Source of the DNA: Macrostomum lignano
Lineage: Eukaryota
Direction: 5' to 3'
DNA length: 64,000 nucleotides
Assembly: GCA_002269645.1 (NCBI GenBank)
Contig: NIVC01002212.1
Span: 13,784-77,783 of the forward strand
The notes under the pieces were generated by a model. That model was not told where the DNA came from and did no database searches. It worked only from the letters and a program-made list of their open reading frames with translations. Of the stretch, positions 12,275 to 25,600 are shown piece by piece (the first letter of the stretch is position 1; the number at the start of each line of letters is the position of its first letter). Made by a program: the position numbers and the translations under genes.

Positions 12275-13486
12275 CAAGTTTAGTTTAAGCACTCACCAAT
12301 TTCCCGACTCAAAGTTCAACTTTCCCACACAGTTCGACGAGGTCGCGGGCTCGATTTGCGCCTGCTCAATGAAAAAAGCGCGGAGGCAGTCAATCAGCTG
12401 ATCCACTGTCAGCAGCAGCAGAGCTGTCAGCTTCAGCAGCAGCAGAAATGGCCAGGAAATCATGGCCAGAAAGTCCAGTTTGCTTTCGCCGCAGCAGTTG
12501 TCAGCCATGCCGAGTTCCGCTATCTTGCGGTCCCCATCGCGGATCCGGCAGGGTTGTGTGGGGCTATCAAAGTCGGTTCGCGAGCCCCTGCTTTGCCCCA
12601 GACGACTTTGGCAGAGAGGCGGGCGTGACTCCGCAAGCGAGGGTGGGGAGATCTATATTAAGGGGTCCCAGCGTGTCCCGCACGTCTTGGGGATGCGGGA
12701 GAGGCGGGTTTGTGTGGGAGAGGACAGACTGAAGGGGGGTGACACGCGAAGAAGGGGAGGCCGACCAATAACAGCCATTACCCTCAGTGTTTCTCCCCAA
12801 TGTACACTCGGATAGGGGAGGAGAGCTGGCTGGCCTTGCCAATAGAGTTTTGGGAACTTGGGCAGGATAAGCTGGAAAAGAACCCCTCGCGCCGCTCAAC
12901 CCCCCCTCAGATTTGCCTCCTCCGCCCGAGAGCCCCAGAGGCTGACGTCACCTCCTCTGGCAGCGCTGAGGTGCGGCTGTGAGCGCCGCTACTCGAGCTC
13001 AGCTCATTCTGCGAATCGATTTCCCTATGCGGATGGGAATTTCGAATCTCCACCCGCAGATATTCGGGGACAGCCGCTATATCGAGCGCTCCGAGATTCA
13101 TTTATCCCATGGTTGCGAGGCGCACCGCACCAACAGGCTTTTCAGACTTTCAGAGTAGCGACCCGCTATAAGAAACTGGCGCGTCGGGCAGCACAGGAGA
13201 CGGAGCCGCCGGAGTGCAAGAAATTCTGAAAAACAATTCTCCAAGGCGTTCGTTCAACGATTCTCAATCTAGCTCGAAATTTAGCAGCACCTTGTAAATA
13301 AATGATTTATAAACCATTAAATTAAATTTAATTTAAATTAACTCATAACCACAGATACTATACACGTAAAAGAATCGAACTTGTATAAGAATTTTTAAAA
13401 AAGGTTCCAGAGCATGACGTCACATTGTCTGCTGTGCAGTTTAGTTGCTTGAATTTTTCAGATTGCACTGAATATCTTATAAGGGG

Positions 13487-14526
13487 CACCAGCTACAGAG
13501 GGGGCGCCAGCTACAAAGGGGCGGTAGCTACAGAGGGGCGCAGCTACAGAGGGGCGCCAGCTACAGACGGGCGCCAGCTACAGAGGGGCGCAGCTACAGA
13601 GGGGCGCCAGCTACAGAGGGGCGCCAGCTACAGAGGGGCGCCAGCTACAGAGGGGATGCCAGATAAAGAGGGGATGCCAGATAAAGAGGGGCGCCAGCTA
13701 CAGAGGGGGTGCCAGCTATAGAGGGGGTGCCAGCTAAATAGGGGGTGCCAGCTACAGAGGGGGCGCCAGCTACAGAGGGGCGCCAGCTACAGAGGGGATG
13801 CCAGATAAAGAGGGGGTGCCAGATAAAGAGGGGCGCCAGCTACAGAGGGGGTGCCAGCTACAGAGGGGGTGCCAGATAAAGAGGGGCGCCAGCTACAGAG
13901 GGGATGCCAGATAAAGAGGGGGTGCCAGATAAAGAGGGGCGCCAGCTACAGAGGGGGTGCCAGCTACAGAGGGGGTGCCAGCTAAAGAGGGGGTGCCAGC
14001 TACAGAGGGGGCGCCAGCTACAGAGGGGCGCCAGCTACAGAGGGGATGCCAGATAAAGAGGGGGTGCCAGATAAAGAGGGGCGCCAGCTACAGAGGGTGT
14101 GCCAGCTACAGAGGGGGCGCCAGCTACAGAGGGGGCGCCAGCTACAGAGGGGGCGCCAGCTACAGAGGGGGCGCCAGCTACAGAGGGGGCGCCAGCTACA
14201 GAGGGGGCGCCAGCTACAGAGGGGGTGCCAGCTAAAGAGGGGATGCCAGCTACGGAGGGAGCGCCAGCTACAGAGGGGGCGCCAGCTACAAAGGGGGCGC
14301 CAGCTACAAAGGGGGCGCCAGCTACAGAGGGGGCGCCAGCTACAGAGGGGGCGCCAGCTACAGAGGGGGCGCCAGCTACAGAGGGGGCGCCAGCTACAGA
14401 GGGGGCGCCAGCTACAGAGGGGGCGCCAGCTACAGAGGGGCGCCAGCTACAGAGGGGGCGCAAGCTACAGAGGGGGCGCCAGCTACAGAGGGGGCGCCAG
14501 CTACAGAGGGGGCGCCAGCTACAGAG
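13487..14526. repeat. 17/18-bp G-rich minisatellite
   Basis: Unit GCCAGCTACAGAGGGG(G)C; source of the PATEGA and RQLQRG pseudo-ORFs. Confidence 0.95.
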
Positions 14527-15261
14527 GCACAGGCTACAAAAGTTTTTGCTCGAAGCTGGCTGCTCCGAGCGCATGATTGACTCGCCGACATTTCCATAAA
14601 AGCGGAAAATACCGGCGGGCAGTTCTGGTGCTCCCAAAAGAGTCAAATCAGAAGCAGCCCGACTCAAATCTACGCTCGTATTCAGGAAATTCCAGTTTCC
14701 AAGGTCAAGCAAAACGCACTGGTCACTGATAAACAAATCAGAATGACAAGTTGCAAATGCTTCTAAAATTAATTCTGATTACACGCTCGGCATGGACTTC
14801 TTGATTCCATGTTCTATTTTTAGAAGTCCATGGTCAATGCAGCAAAGAGCAAAGCTATTTTCGAGCCTGACTTCAGGTCTTCAGCTGCCACGCTAAAATT
14901 AGCTTTGGCAGTTTTGTCATTTCGGAGTCATTTCGGCGGCAATTTGGGCCAAAAGAAAGCAGAGGTTTCCTTCTCTCGGCTGGAGCTTGGGACAGCGCTA
15001 GCGACGGCGGCAGTTATTCCAGCAGCCATAAATCATCGCCATAACATGAGCCGGAGAAACAGGTTTGAAAGGAATTCCTGCAGGCCCGTGTAACTGTTTC
15101 TGATGGAGCTAGAAGTCTGGTAAAGTAGTAATGACAAATACCGCTTTCACCAGAAAAATGTTTAAGCGAAATGGCTTAAATAGTTGTCAATTAAAAGTAC
15201 AATGTTCCGCAAGGAAACAGATTTAAAGCAATTATTTCGATTCACATTCAGAACAATAATT

Positions 15262-15825
15262 GGGTCCACATTCGGAACACTGTTCGGGTCCACATTCGGA
15301 ACACTGTTCGGATCCACATTCGGAACACTGTTCGGATCCACATTCGGAACACTGTTCGGTTCCACATTCGGAACACTGTTCGGATCCACATTCGGAACAC
15401 TGTTCGGATCCACATTCGGAACACTGTTCGGATCCACATTCGGAACACTGTTCGGATCCACATTCGGAACACTGTTCGGATCCACATTCGGAACACTGTT
15501 CAGATCCACATTCGGAACACTGTTCGGTTCCACATTCGGAACACTGTTCGGTTCCACATTCGGAACACTGTTCGGGTTTAACATTCGGAACAATATTCGG
15601 GTTCACATTCGGAACAATGTTCGGGTTCACATTCGAAACAATTTTCGGGTCCACATTCCGAATATTCGGGTCTACATTCGGAACAAGATTCGGGTCTACA
15701 TTCGGAACAAGATTCGGGTCTACATTCGGAACAAGATTCGGGTCTACATTCGGAACAAGATTCGGGTCTACATTCGGAATAAGATTCGGGTCTACATTCG
15801 GAACAATATTCGGATTCACATTCGC
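15262..15825. repeat. 24-bp minisatellite (dimer of related 12-mers)
   Basis: Unit CACATTCGGAACACTGTTCGGATC, drifting to TACATTCGGAACAAGATTCGGGTC at the 3' end. Confidence 0.95.
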
Positions 15826-16664
15826 AACAAAATCGCTGTGGCCTATTCAGGGCATGCAGCTATATTGAATAAAAATGAATTTCCATCCAACACGATCTGC
15901 GCAGAACAACTCAAGGCCTCACCCGGATGTCCGACTGCGCCAGATGCAGGCAGCTCACCCGGCCGCAAATTCGAGTCCTGGTGACCTGGAGACTTCGGGC
16001 CGCCGGCTGATCGACCTCGCTGGCCGCCGCCGGACCCACCGGCCGCTCCAGTCGGAGTTCCCGCAGCGAGCGCAGCGCGGCGGCCAGCTGGAGCTCGGCG
16101 GCTTTGAAGGAACTTCGCTGCTGATCGAAACTGGGAAGTTGAAGCATTGAAACTGGGAGAATTCTCAGACTTCGAGGCCAGGCTACGGAGCACAGAAAGA
16201 ATCTTGAATGTCGAACGAAACGGCGCTGGAGATCTCGAGTCGTATTTTTCTTGTTATTGCAACATCGACTTTGAATGCCTGCAAAGTTGGGCGCTTGCAG
16301 CTGCAGTTCAGGCTTTAATACTTGTGTAAGTGCGAAGCAGGGAGAGGCGGCTGAGGGAGAGGCAGAGGCCGTTGCAGTCACCAAGCGTTCATCAAGCGGG
16401 CAATAAAGTGCTTTCTGGGTTTCCAACTTTGCTTCTGTTTTCAAATTTTCCAGTTGCAGAGAGAGAGAGAAATGCCAGTGCGAGGCAATTTCCTTATGTT
16501 TTCATTAATTTCTGGCGTGGCAAAATGCGTGCATTCGCAATACGAGACTGCCACTGGGTCTCTTCCTTGCAGTGAGTATCAGCTGGGATCTTGAACTCCT
16601 TCCTAGCTGGCCTTTTTCACCGGCACCTGCAGACATTGGGGGTTGACGAGGGTCAAGGGCGGGG

Positions 16665-17010
16665 AGCTGCTGAGATTTCCAATGCTCAAATGAGGGGTTG
16701 CTGAGATTTCCAATGCTCAAATGGGGGCTGCTGAGAAGCCAATGCTCAAGGGGGTTGCTGAGATGCCAATGCTCAAATGGGGAGTTTCTGAGAAGCCAAT
16801 GCTGAAATGGGGGGTTGCTGAGATTTCCAATGCTCAAATGAGGGCTGCTGAGAAGCCAATGCTCAAGGGGGTTGCTGAGATGCCAATGCTCAAATGGGGA
16901 GTTTCTGAGAAGCCAATGCTGAAATGGGGGGTTGCTGAGATTTCCAATGCTCAAATGGGGGCTGCTGAGAAGCCAATGCTCAAGGGGGTTGCTGAGAAGC
17001 CAATGCTCAA
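16665..17010. repeat. ~23-25-bp subunits organised as a 117-bp higher-order repeat
   Basis: Core GCTGAGA..CCAATGCTCAA..GGGG. AATGCTCAAGGGGG recurs at 16741 and 16858. Confidence 0.85.
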
Positions 17011-18111
17011 AGCATTTCAAATACTAAACACTTTTCTAGATTTGCTCGGAGAGAAGAAAGCTCATGAAACGGAAAGAATAAGAATAATATGCATAGCAGC
17101 ACTTAATGCATTAAAAAGAAATTTGCTGTGCTTTAACTGCACGTTTCCAAAAGAGCCAGTGTGCTATTGGTCGCTATTGTCTACTTCCCGGCAGTAGTGC
17201 CGTTGGAATGCTGATGCCACGCAGTTTACTGTCGGAATTCGTCTTGGTAAAATTTGAGCTGAAACCTTCTTGATTTTTGAATCCTTTTATGCTTATGGTT
17301 TAATCTGAATCGCATTCCTCATCACCGTTTCCAGAGCATCTGCACCACATTTGTGGAAATCTGTGGCTCCGATGCTGTTTAAAAGGCTGTTTGAAGAAGC
17401 TCTGACTTCACGAGTTGAATCCGAGATTAAATTTGTGCTACTCGTAGTAGTGAAACTGGAGCTCCTGCATCTAAAACTGACAACATCAAGTCGAATCGCT
17501 GCAGTTTACCGTCCATGCAGTATTTAGCTGTCCCTGGCTCCTATTGTCTTTTCCACACAATGGAGCGCAGAGCGACCTGGCAAAAGTGCATGCAGGACAG
17601 CTTGAAGGAGAGGGTGGTGGGGCCTGACTTTGCCCACTGTGGCTGCGGCGTGTATGAAAGTACTTTTGTTGGCTGTGAAGCGGTACCTCTAATTTACAGT
17701 TGAGAGCCTCGGACCCAAGCTGGTATGCTAGTTAATTAACTGCGACCTGTGTCTTGGAGTAAGGAGTTGATGGGGTTGCCAGGAAACACGGGAACTGCTG
17801 AGTTTGAGGAGGGGAACAGAAAACAGAAAACAAAGTGTTTTTTACTTCACTTGAATTTTCCTCCCACTTAAATTCTTTCAGCCAGCCTGAGTTTTCTTGC
17901 TGGCGCTGGAGCCTTTTGTTTACACAAGTTCAATAGTGCACGTCTGCTGCTGTGATGCTGGAATGATGCTGCTGACTCCGGTCTGCCAGCTCGTTCAATA
18001 TTCCATTGTGTTGGTCAACTTTGCCACGCAATGGGTGCCGATGGGAATCGTTCACCCGGAACGTGAACTCTTACTTCTCCTTTAAATCAAAGGCTTCAGA
18101 ATATTCTTCTA

Positions 18112-18893
18112 CTAGAATATGCTTCCAGTAGAACATGCTTCTATTGTAGAATATGCTTCTATTGTAGAATATGCTTCTATTGTAGAATATGCTTCTATTG
18201 TAGAATATGCTTCTATTGTAGAATATGCTTCTATTGTAGAATATGCTTCTATTGTAGAATATGCTTCTATTGTAGAATATGCTTCTATTGTAGAATATGC
18301 TTCTATTGTAGAATATGCTTCTATAGTAGAATATGCTTCTATTGTAGAATATGCTTCTATTGTAGAATATGCTTCTATAGTAGAATATGCTTCTATAGTA
18401 GAATATGCTTCTATTGTAGAATATGCTTCTATTGTAGAATATGCTTCTATAGTAGAATATGCTTCTATTGTAGAATATGCTTCTATTGTAGAATATGCTT
18501 CTATTGTAGAATATGCTTCTATTGTAGAATATGCTTCTATTGTAGAATATGCTTCTATTGTAGAATATGCTTCTATTGTAGAATATGCTTCTATTGTAGA
18601 ATATGCTTCTATAGTAGAATATGCTTCTATTGTAGAATATGCTTCTATTGTAGAATATGCTTCTATTGTAGAATATGCTTCTATAGTAGAATATGCTTCT
18701 ATAGTAGAATATGCTTCTATTGTAGAATATGCTTCTATTGTAGAATATGCTTCTATAGTAGAATATGCTTCTATTGTAGAATATGCTTCTATTGTAGAAT
18801 ATGCTTCTATTGTAGAATATGCTTCTATAGTAGAATATGCTTCTATAGTAGAATATGCTTCCAGTAGGATATGCTTCCAGTAGGATATGCTTC
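18112..18893. repeat. 18-bp minisatellite, ~43 copies
   Basis: Unit TAGAATATGCTTCTATTG with the dyad TAGAA-N5-TTCTA; gives the VEYASI pseudo-ORF. Confidence 0.95.
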
Positions 18894-19799
18894 AATGCGT
18901 TTGACTCGTGAATAGAGAAAAGTTTCATACTGAAATATAAACTCACAAACTGCACTGACCCACAGCAATCAAACAGTGAAATAATTGCAAAGCAAGCACT
19001 GCAGACATCAAGTCAGTGCTCAGTCTATTCATAGCCGCAGCTGAGACGGGCAAAGCTTTTACCTACTAAAGCATTTTCTCTAAGAAACAGGCGTAATGCA
19101 GCTGGCACGATAGTGTAAACAAATGAAGGCAGCATGGCCACAGATGATTTTAGTAATTTTCTCAGCTGCCGATGCATTTCGTCAAACGAGAGGGCATCTT
19201 TTTGGCCAGTTTTTATACGAAGAGCAAGTGTTGCTGGATTCTTTTATTTATGCATTCTAAGAAAATGTCTTCTATTGCTGCTGCCTCCCTAATTTCGCAG
19301 CTGTCATTCCGCTGAATAAAACAGCAGGCGGAAGGAGTGCAGAACGGAAAAGACGAAGAGATTGAAATTTAAATCAGAATTCATTGATTCAAGTTTCATA
19401 GTTCCTTTCCGCATCCTCATGAGAGCTTCATCAGTATCTTGCATGGCAAGATCGATCGAGTTGATCTACAAAACTTGCATAGGCGTCTAGGAGTGTGATA
19501 TGCTAAGTAACTTGAGAAATTAAAAAAACAGTGAAATTCAAACAAACTTTTTGGATAACTGTGGACACGGTGTTCCATCAACATGTTGATATAAATTATT
19601 ATCACCATGGGGTGCTCGCACAAAAGTTTTTTCATAGCAAGCAGAGTCTCTCATTGACGCTTTAGCTGATGTACATGTAAAAAATAAATAACTTTAAAAT
19701 TAAAAATTCTAAAATATTTCGAGTAATTTTGAAGGCATTTAAAATTAGAAAATATTTAAAAAACTGGATTCGCGGGTTAAAAGGTAATTTGCTCTGATT

Positions 19800-21103
19800 G
19801 GCAGTGGGAACAGGGCACAGGTGCAGAGAGCCAAAGCAGGATCTGCAGTGGGGACAGGGCACAGGTGCAGAGCCAAAGCAGGATCTGCAGTGGGGACAGG
19901 GCACAGGTGCAGAGCCAAAGCAGGATCTGCAGTGGGGACAGGGCACAGGTGCAGAGCCAAAGCAGGATCTGCAGTGGGAACAGGGCACAGGTGCAGAGCC
20001 AAAGCAGGATCTGCAGTGGGAACAGGGCACAGGTGCAGAGAGCCAAAGCAGGATCTGCAGTGGGGACAGGGCACAGGTGCAGAGCCAAAGCAGGATCTGC
20101 AGTGAAGACAGGGCACAGGTGCAGAGAGCCAAAGCAGGATCTGCAGTGGGGACAGGGCACAGGTGCAGAGAGCCAAAGCAGGATCTGCAGTGGGGACAGG
20201 GCACAGGTGCAGAGCCAAAGCAGGATCTGCAGTGGGGACAGGGCACAGGTGCAGAGCCAAAGCAGGATCTGCAGTGGGGACAGGGCACAGGTGCAGAGAG
20301 CCAAAGCAGGATCTGCAGTGGGGACAGGGCACAGGTGCAGAGCCAAAGCAGGATCTGCAGTGGGGACAGGGCACAGGTGCAGAGCCAAAGCAGGATCTGC
20401 AGTGGGGACAGGGCACAGGTGCAGAGAGCCAAAGCAGGATCTGCAGTGGGGACAGGGCACAGGTGCAGAGAGCCAAAGCAGGATCTGCAGTGGGGACAGG
20501 GCACAGGTGCAGAGAGCCAAAGCAGGATCTGCAGTGGGGACAGGGCACAGGTGCAGAGAGCCAAAGCAGGATCTGCAGTGGGGACAGGGCACAGGTGCAG
20601 AGCCAAAGCAGGATCTGCAGTGGGAACAGGGCACAGGTGCAGAGCCAAAGCAGGATCTGCAGTGGGAACAGGGCACAGGTGCAGAGAGCCAAAGCAGGAT
20701 CTGCAGTGGGGACAGGGCACAGGTGCAGAGAGCCAAAGCAGGATCTGCAGTGGGGACAGGGCACAGGTGCAGAGAGCCAAAGCAGGATCTGCAGTGGGGA
20801 CAGGGCACAGGTGCAGAGAGCCAAAGCAGGATCTGCAGTGGGGACAGGGCACAGGTGCAGAGAGCCAAAGCAGGATCTGCAGTGGGGACAGGGCACAGGT
20901 GCAGAGAGCCAAAGCAGGATCTGCAGTGGGGACAGGGCACAGGTGCAGAGAGCCAAAGCAGGATCTGCAGTGGGGACAGGGCACAGGTGCAGAGAGCCAA
21001 AGCAGGATCTGCAGTGGGGACAGGGCACAGGTGCAGAGAGCCAAAGCAGGATCTGCAGTGGGGACAGGGCACAGGTGCAGAGAGCCAAAGCAGGATCTGC
21101 AGT
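19800..21103. repeat. 42/44-bp minisatellite, ~30 copies
   Basis: Unit GCAGTGGGGACAGGGCACAGGTGCAGAG(AG)CCAAAGCAGGATCT, with two length classes differing by AG. Confidence 0.95.
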
Positions 21104-21370
21104 TGCGACATTAAGTTCAACAGCCCAAGTATGGAAGTAGAAAGACAGGAAATCTCGTTTCTTAGAAAATATGTTGGGGCTGCTTTTGCACGAACAATAC
21201 GAGCTACTCTTGTAGGAAAAAACTTGGAATGATCTGCTTTATAAAGCTTTTCTTAGAAACGACGTTTCCCGACCTCCTCAAGTCCCCTCTGTATGCAGCT
21301 TGATCGATTGTACTGGTAAGAAGAGAAAAATGTTCGTCAGATTTGCTCAGAGACCAGGCAAGCCTGTCGG

Positions 21371-22310
21371 TCACATGTAGCCGTAAGCGACCACCTCGCA
21401 GAAGGTGAGGTGCCCGTTCAGCCGGTTGGTCACCCGCAGCCTGCGGCCGGCCATGTTGCAGGTGAAGTTCCGCACCGAGAAAGCGGTTGAGGTGACGAAG
21501 TCCACACAGGCGACGCCGTCCACCGTGATGACGAAGTTGTTGAGCCGGTGCGGGCAGCAGTCGCCGCGGTTGTACAGCGTCACCTCAGTGATGAAGGCCG
21601 GGTCAGCTGTGCCAGCCTCCCACCACTCGTTGACGCCGGACTCGGTGCAGAAGCAAGTCGAGAACGCCTGGGCCACGTTGCCGTCAGCAGCCTTGCCGCA
21701 CAGGTTGCCGGTCGAATACACGGTGCTCTGCTCGCAGCCGGAGAGCGGCAGCTTGCAGATGCTGGAGACTAAAAGCAATAAAAGGTGGAACTGCTGGCTT
21801 ATTGGAGTGATTGGGAACGGCACTTCCCCCTTTTGAAGCAACAGAGATACAAATACTATAGATGCAGACCATCAGATGAATCAGATCACTAGGCTTTCGC
21901 TACTTTTGTACATCACCCGTGCAAATGATGACTGCATGTCAACAGATGCATGAATAGCCATACATGTATCTTATGCCCCTTTGCTCACAATCGAACTGTT
22001 GGTTCTTGTACACGGTCCCGGCAGCGGCCAGCCCGGCAGCTGTGGGCGACACCTCGCCGCCGGGAAGCATCAGGGAGCACTCGGAGTCTGCGAAGCGAGC
22101 GCAGAGGCACCAGCTCAAGATGGAGCACTCGTACAGGCACTGCACGAGACCGCGGCTGCTCACAGACAGCCGGACAACTCCGCATTGGCTGTCCGACTCC
22201 AGCCACATCGATCCATCAGCCACAGCGACTTCCGGCCCGGCCAGCAGCAGCCACAGGGCCAGCAAGAGAAGCGGCGGAACTCGAGACGGCAAAAGCGGAC
22301 GGCAGAACAT
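21371..22310 (-). CDS. Secreted protein: signal peptide, PAN/apple-like module and F-type lectin (fucolectin/FTP) domain; 2 exons, 239 aa
   Basis: Exon 22310-21989 (hydrophobic leader; CLYECSILSWC...C) joins exon 21768-21371 in phase 1. FTP motifs: KAADGN, CFCT, EWWEA, VTLYNRGDCCPHRLNNF, LTFCEVVAYG-stop. Confidence 0.85.
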
Positions 22311-22697
22311 CTTCCGGAATTCGAGTCTGGGAACCCTAAAAGCGGCTTTGCAAGTTTATAAATGACTAAAAATGAGTGCGCCGGCTGAATACCACCTGCT
22401 GCATGCTAACTGCTTTTAGTTGGACATCGCCAGTCCGCTCCAATAGCAGTGAAGATGGAGGCCTGTGCTTTAATGACAAGACAGGCTGATACTCTTAGTA
22501 TAATTGGGATACACCTGCTTATAACACAATTTTATTAATCCTGCGAAAAATCACGAAAAATAGCGAAATTCTCAACCATTAGCAATTATGAATTAATATA
22601 AATTCTCATAAACACGATTCAGTAAAATATCAAAAGAGAAAAGCATGACAGAGTATGCAATAAACTACGAGTGCCGTCACAACAATACGGTGAAGTT

Positions 22698-25600
22698 CTA
22701 ATGCAGTTTATTATTCTTGATCTTAAGAAATTTAATACGATTGTGGGTGGACTCCAGAGTGTTAATAAACACCTGAGTGGCGTCCTGAAGCTCTTTGCCG
22801 GCCTCCTGGTACCACTGCTTGAACGAGTCCTCGCAGATGATTGCGTTATCAAGGTAGGCGAAGAAGAGGTCGTTTATCAACTCTGCAGTGCATTTAGAAG
22901 GAATGCGCAGTTGAAACTACTGAAGCACAGTGAGTAGAAAGGTCAGAGCATTGCTACCAGCAAAGCAAAACTCACCAAGTGAAAGGCCTGCACTCTTTAT
23001 GGTGTCGCAGGTGGCGCTGAGAACCCACTGCTGTTGCTGCTCATGGGTCTCAATGTGCCGCATAAGGACTGGCTTAACCAGCAGGAACAGCGGCTTGTTC
23101 AGCTTCTTGCTCTCTGCAAAGCGTGAGAATTCAAGTCACAACTGACCTGCCATAAAGATGCTCCATCACTGCAAATGCACATCACCGACTGCCCACTCAC
23201 GAGTGCAGCCGCGACAGACGCTTCGCACGAGAACCCGGATGAACTCCCGAGACTCCATCTGCTTCTTGTCCACCTCCTTCTCTATGAGGGCGATCAGCTC
23301 CTCGGACAGCAGGTCCTTCGCCGAGGCGTCGCCGTCTGCGTTGCCGATTTTCTGCTCGATCCAGTCGCCGACGACGTCCAGGGCGATGGGCGATGGCGAC
23401 AGCGTCGTCTCATGCAGAGTGAACTCCAGCTTGTTGGCTGCAACGAAGTCCGCCGAGTCCGCCTGCGGCAGCTCCAGCAGGCTGTGCCACGCCATCCCCG
23501 CCTCCCGGAACGCCGCGCCCACCCGGTTGTGGCCGAGCCGCCCGCTGGCCAGGTGTAGCGCCCGCGACACCACCTCGCCCCGCAGAGGTCGCCGGCTCGA
23601 GTCTCGCAGGTCGGCGGGGATCCTCAGCACCAGCTGCTGCACGCAGGACAGGTAGGAGGCCGCCTTCTGCACAAAGGAGGAGAAAATCTCTCCCAGGTAG
23701 CTGGACAAAAGCGGGAAGTCCGACAGGAAGTCGTCCGCCATCTCCATGATGGGTGAGAAGCTGCGGGGGAGCGGATGATGGGTGGGAGTCTGCAATCTAC
23801 TGAAATCAATTCACAACCCAAGGCCCAGAGCCGCTGTGCCACCCAGGCTGCTGACAGCTGGGCCTCCCAGGCTTCTGACAGCTGGGCCTCCCAGGCTTCT
23901 GACAGCTGGGCCTCCCAGGCTGCTGACAGCTGGGCCTCCCAGGCTTCTGGCAGCTGGGCCTCCCAGGCTTCTGACAGCTGGGCCTCCCAGGCTTCTGACA
24001 GCTGGGCCTCCCAGGCTTCTGACAGCTGGGCCTCCCAGGCTTCTGGCAGCTGGGCCTCCCAGGCTGCTGGCAGCTGGGCCTCCCAGGCTGCTGGCAGCTG
24101 GGCCTCCCAGGCTGCTGACAGCTGGGCCTCCCAGGCTCCTGACAGCTGGGATCGCGTCGAGCTTCAGACAGCAAAAACTTCGTCAGCCGGGGGCCTCGGG
24201 GGCCTCACCGGGTCAGACGGTAATTCCAAAATTCATCCTGCTGACGCATCGCGGTGAGCAGCTTCATCACTTTGCCCAGACTCACCCCTCAATAAGATCT
24301 TTCGAGCTGAGCAGCTCGCTGTGCAGCAACTCGAAGAGCAGCTGGCCGCCCTTCTCCCGAAGCTCTTTGCTGTTTTCATTCAGCAGGTGCTCCGCGTTCA
24401 CCTCCACGAAGGCGCTGATTTCCGGGTGACGCGAGATTTCAATGAAGTTGGATTTGGTGTCCTGAATGGAAGAAGGTGAGGGAGAGGATGTGGTGCTTCA
24501 GATTCTTCAGACACATTTATGCAAGGCAAGAGCTTACATCTAGCGAGCACAGGGAGCCGAGCCACTCCATCATTATGTTTTTGCTCTTCCGCTCCAGAAC
24601 GTCCCGCGGTATCGGCGGCGGCTCAACGGACCGTGGCGACTCAACGGCCCGCGCCGGCAGCTCCTGGCTGGACTGAGAGCGCGGCATCTTGCCGGAGGCC
24701 GTCAGCGCTGCCACAGCGGGTTGCTGCAGCTGCTGCGATGGCGACAGCGTCGTCTCATGCAGAGTGAACTCCAGCTTGTTGGCTGCAACGAAGTCCGCCG
24801 CGTCCGCCTGCGGCAGCTCCAGCAGGCTGTGCCACGCCATCCCCGCCTCCCGGAACGCCGCGCCCACCCGGTTGTGGCCGAGCCGCCCGCTGGCCAGGTG
24901 TAGCGCCCGCGACACCACCTCGCCCCGCAGAGGTCGCCGGCTCGAGTCTCGCAGGTCGGCGGGGATCCTCAGCACCAGCTGCTGCACGCAGGACAGGTAG
25001 GAGGCCGCCTTCTGCACAAAGGAGGAGAAAATCTCTCCCAGGTAGCTGGACAAAAGCGGGAAGTCCGACAGGAAGTCGTCCGCCATCTCCATGATGGGTG
25101 AGAAGCTGCGGGGGAGCGGATGATGGGTGGGAGTCTGCAATCTACTGAAATCAATTCACAACCCAAGGCCCAGAGCCGCTGTGCCACCCAGGCTGCTGAC
25201 AGCTGGGCCTCCCAGGCTTCTGACAGCTGGGCCTCCCAGGCTTCTGACAGCTGGGCCTCCCAGGCTGCTGACAGCTGGGCCTCCCAGGCTTCTGACAGCT
25301 GGGCCTCCCAGGCTTCTGACAGCTGGGCCTCCCAGGCTGCTGGCAGCTGGGCCTCCCAGGCTTCTGGCAGCTGGGCCTCCCAGGTTGCTGGCAGCTGGGC
25401 CTCCCAGGCTTCTGACAGCTGGGCCTCCCAGGCTTCTGACAGCTGGGCCTCCCAGGCTTCTGACAGCTGGGCCTCCCAGGCTTCTGGCAGCTGGGCCTCC
25501 CAGGCTGCTGGCAGCTGGGCCTCCCAGGCTGCTGGCAGCTGGGCCTCCCAGGCTGCTGACAGCTGGGCCTCCCAGGCTCCTGACAGCTAGGATCGCGTCG

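Noticed and set aside
12297-12508. Possible exon with a hydrophobic N-terminus (MISWPFLLLLKLTALLLL) ending at a GTGAGT donor, plus a candidate exon near 9078-9240
   Set aside because: The joined product gives no recognisable domain and the acceptor is weak, so there is not enough support for a gene call.
12943-13422. CRE palindromes TGACGTCA at 12943 and 13415
   Set aside because: Isolated 8-mers with no identified transcription start; another copy lies in coding sequence at 1492.
17200-18070. Short open stretches that might be minus-strand exons (e.g. ISDSTREVRASSNSLL)
   Set aside because: No consistent exon chain or identifiable motif could be built.
6667-21103. CRISPR-like appearance of the 24-55-bp repeats
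   Set aside because: Units are directly adjacent with no unique spacers, there are no cas genes, and the context is eukaryotic.
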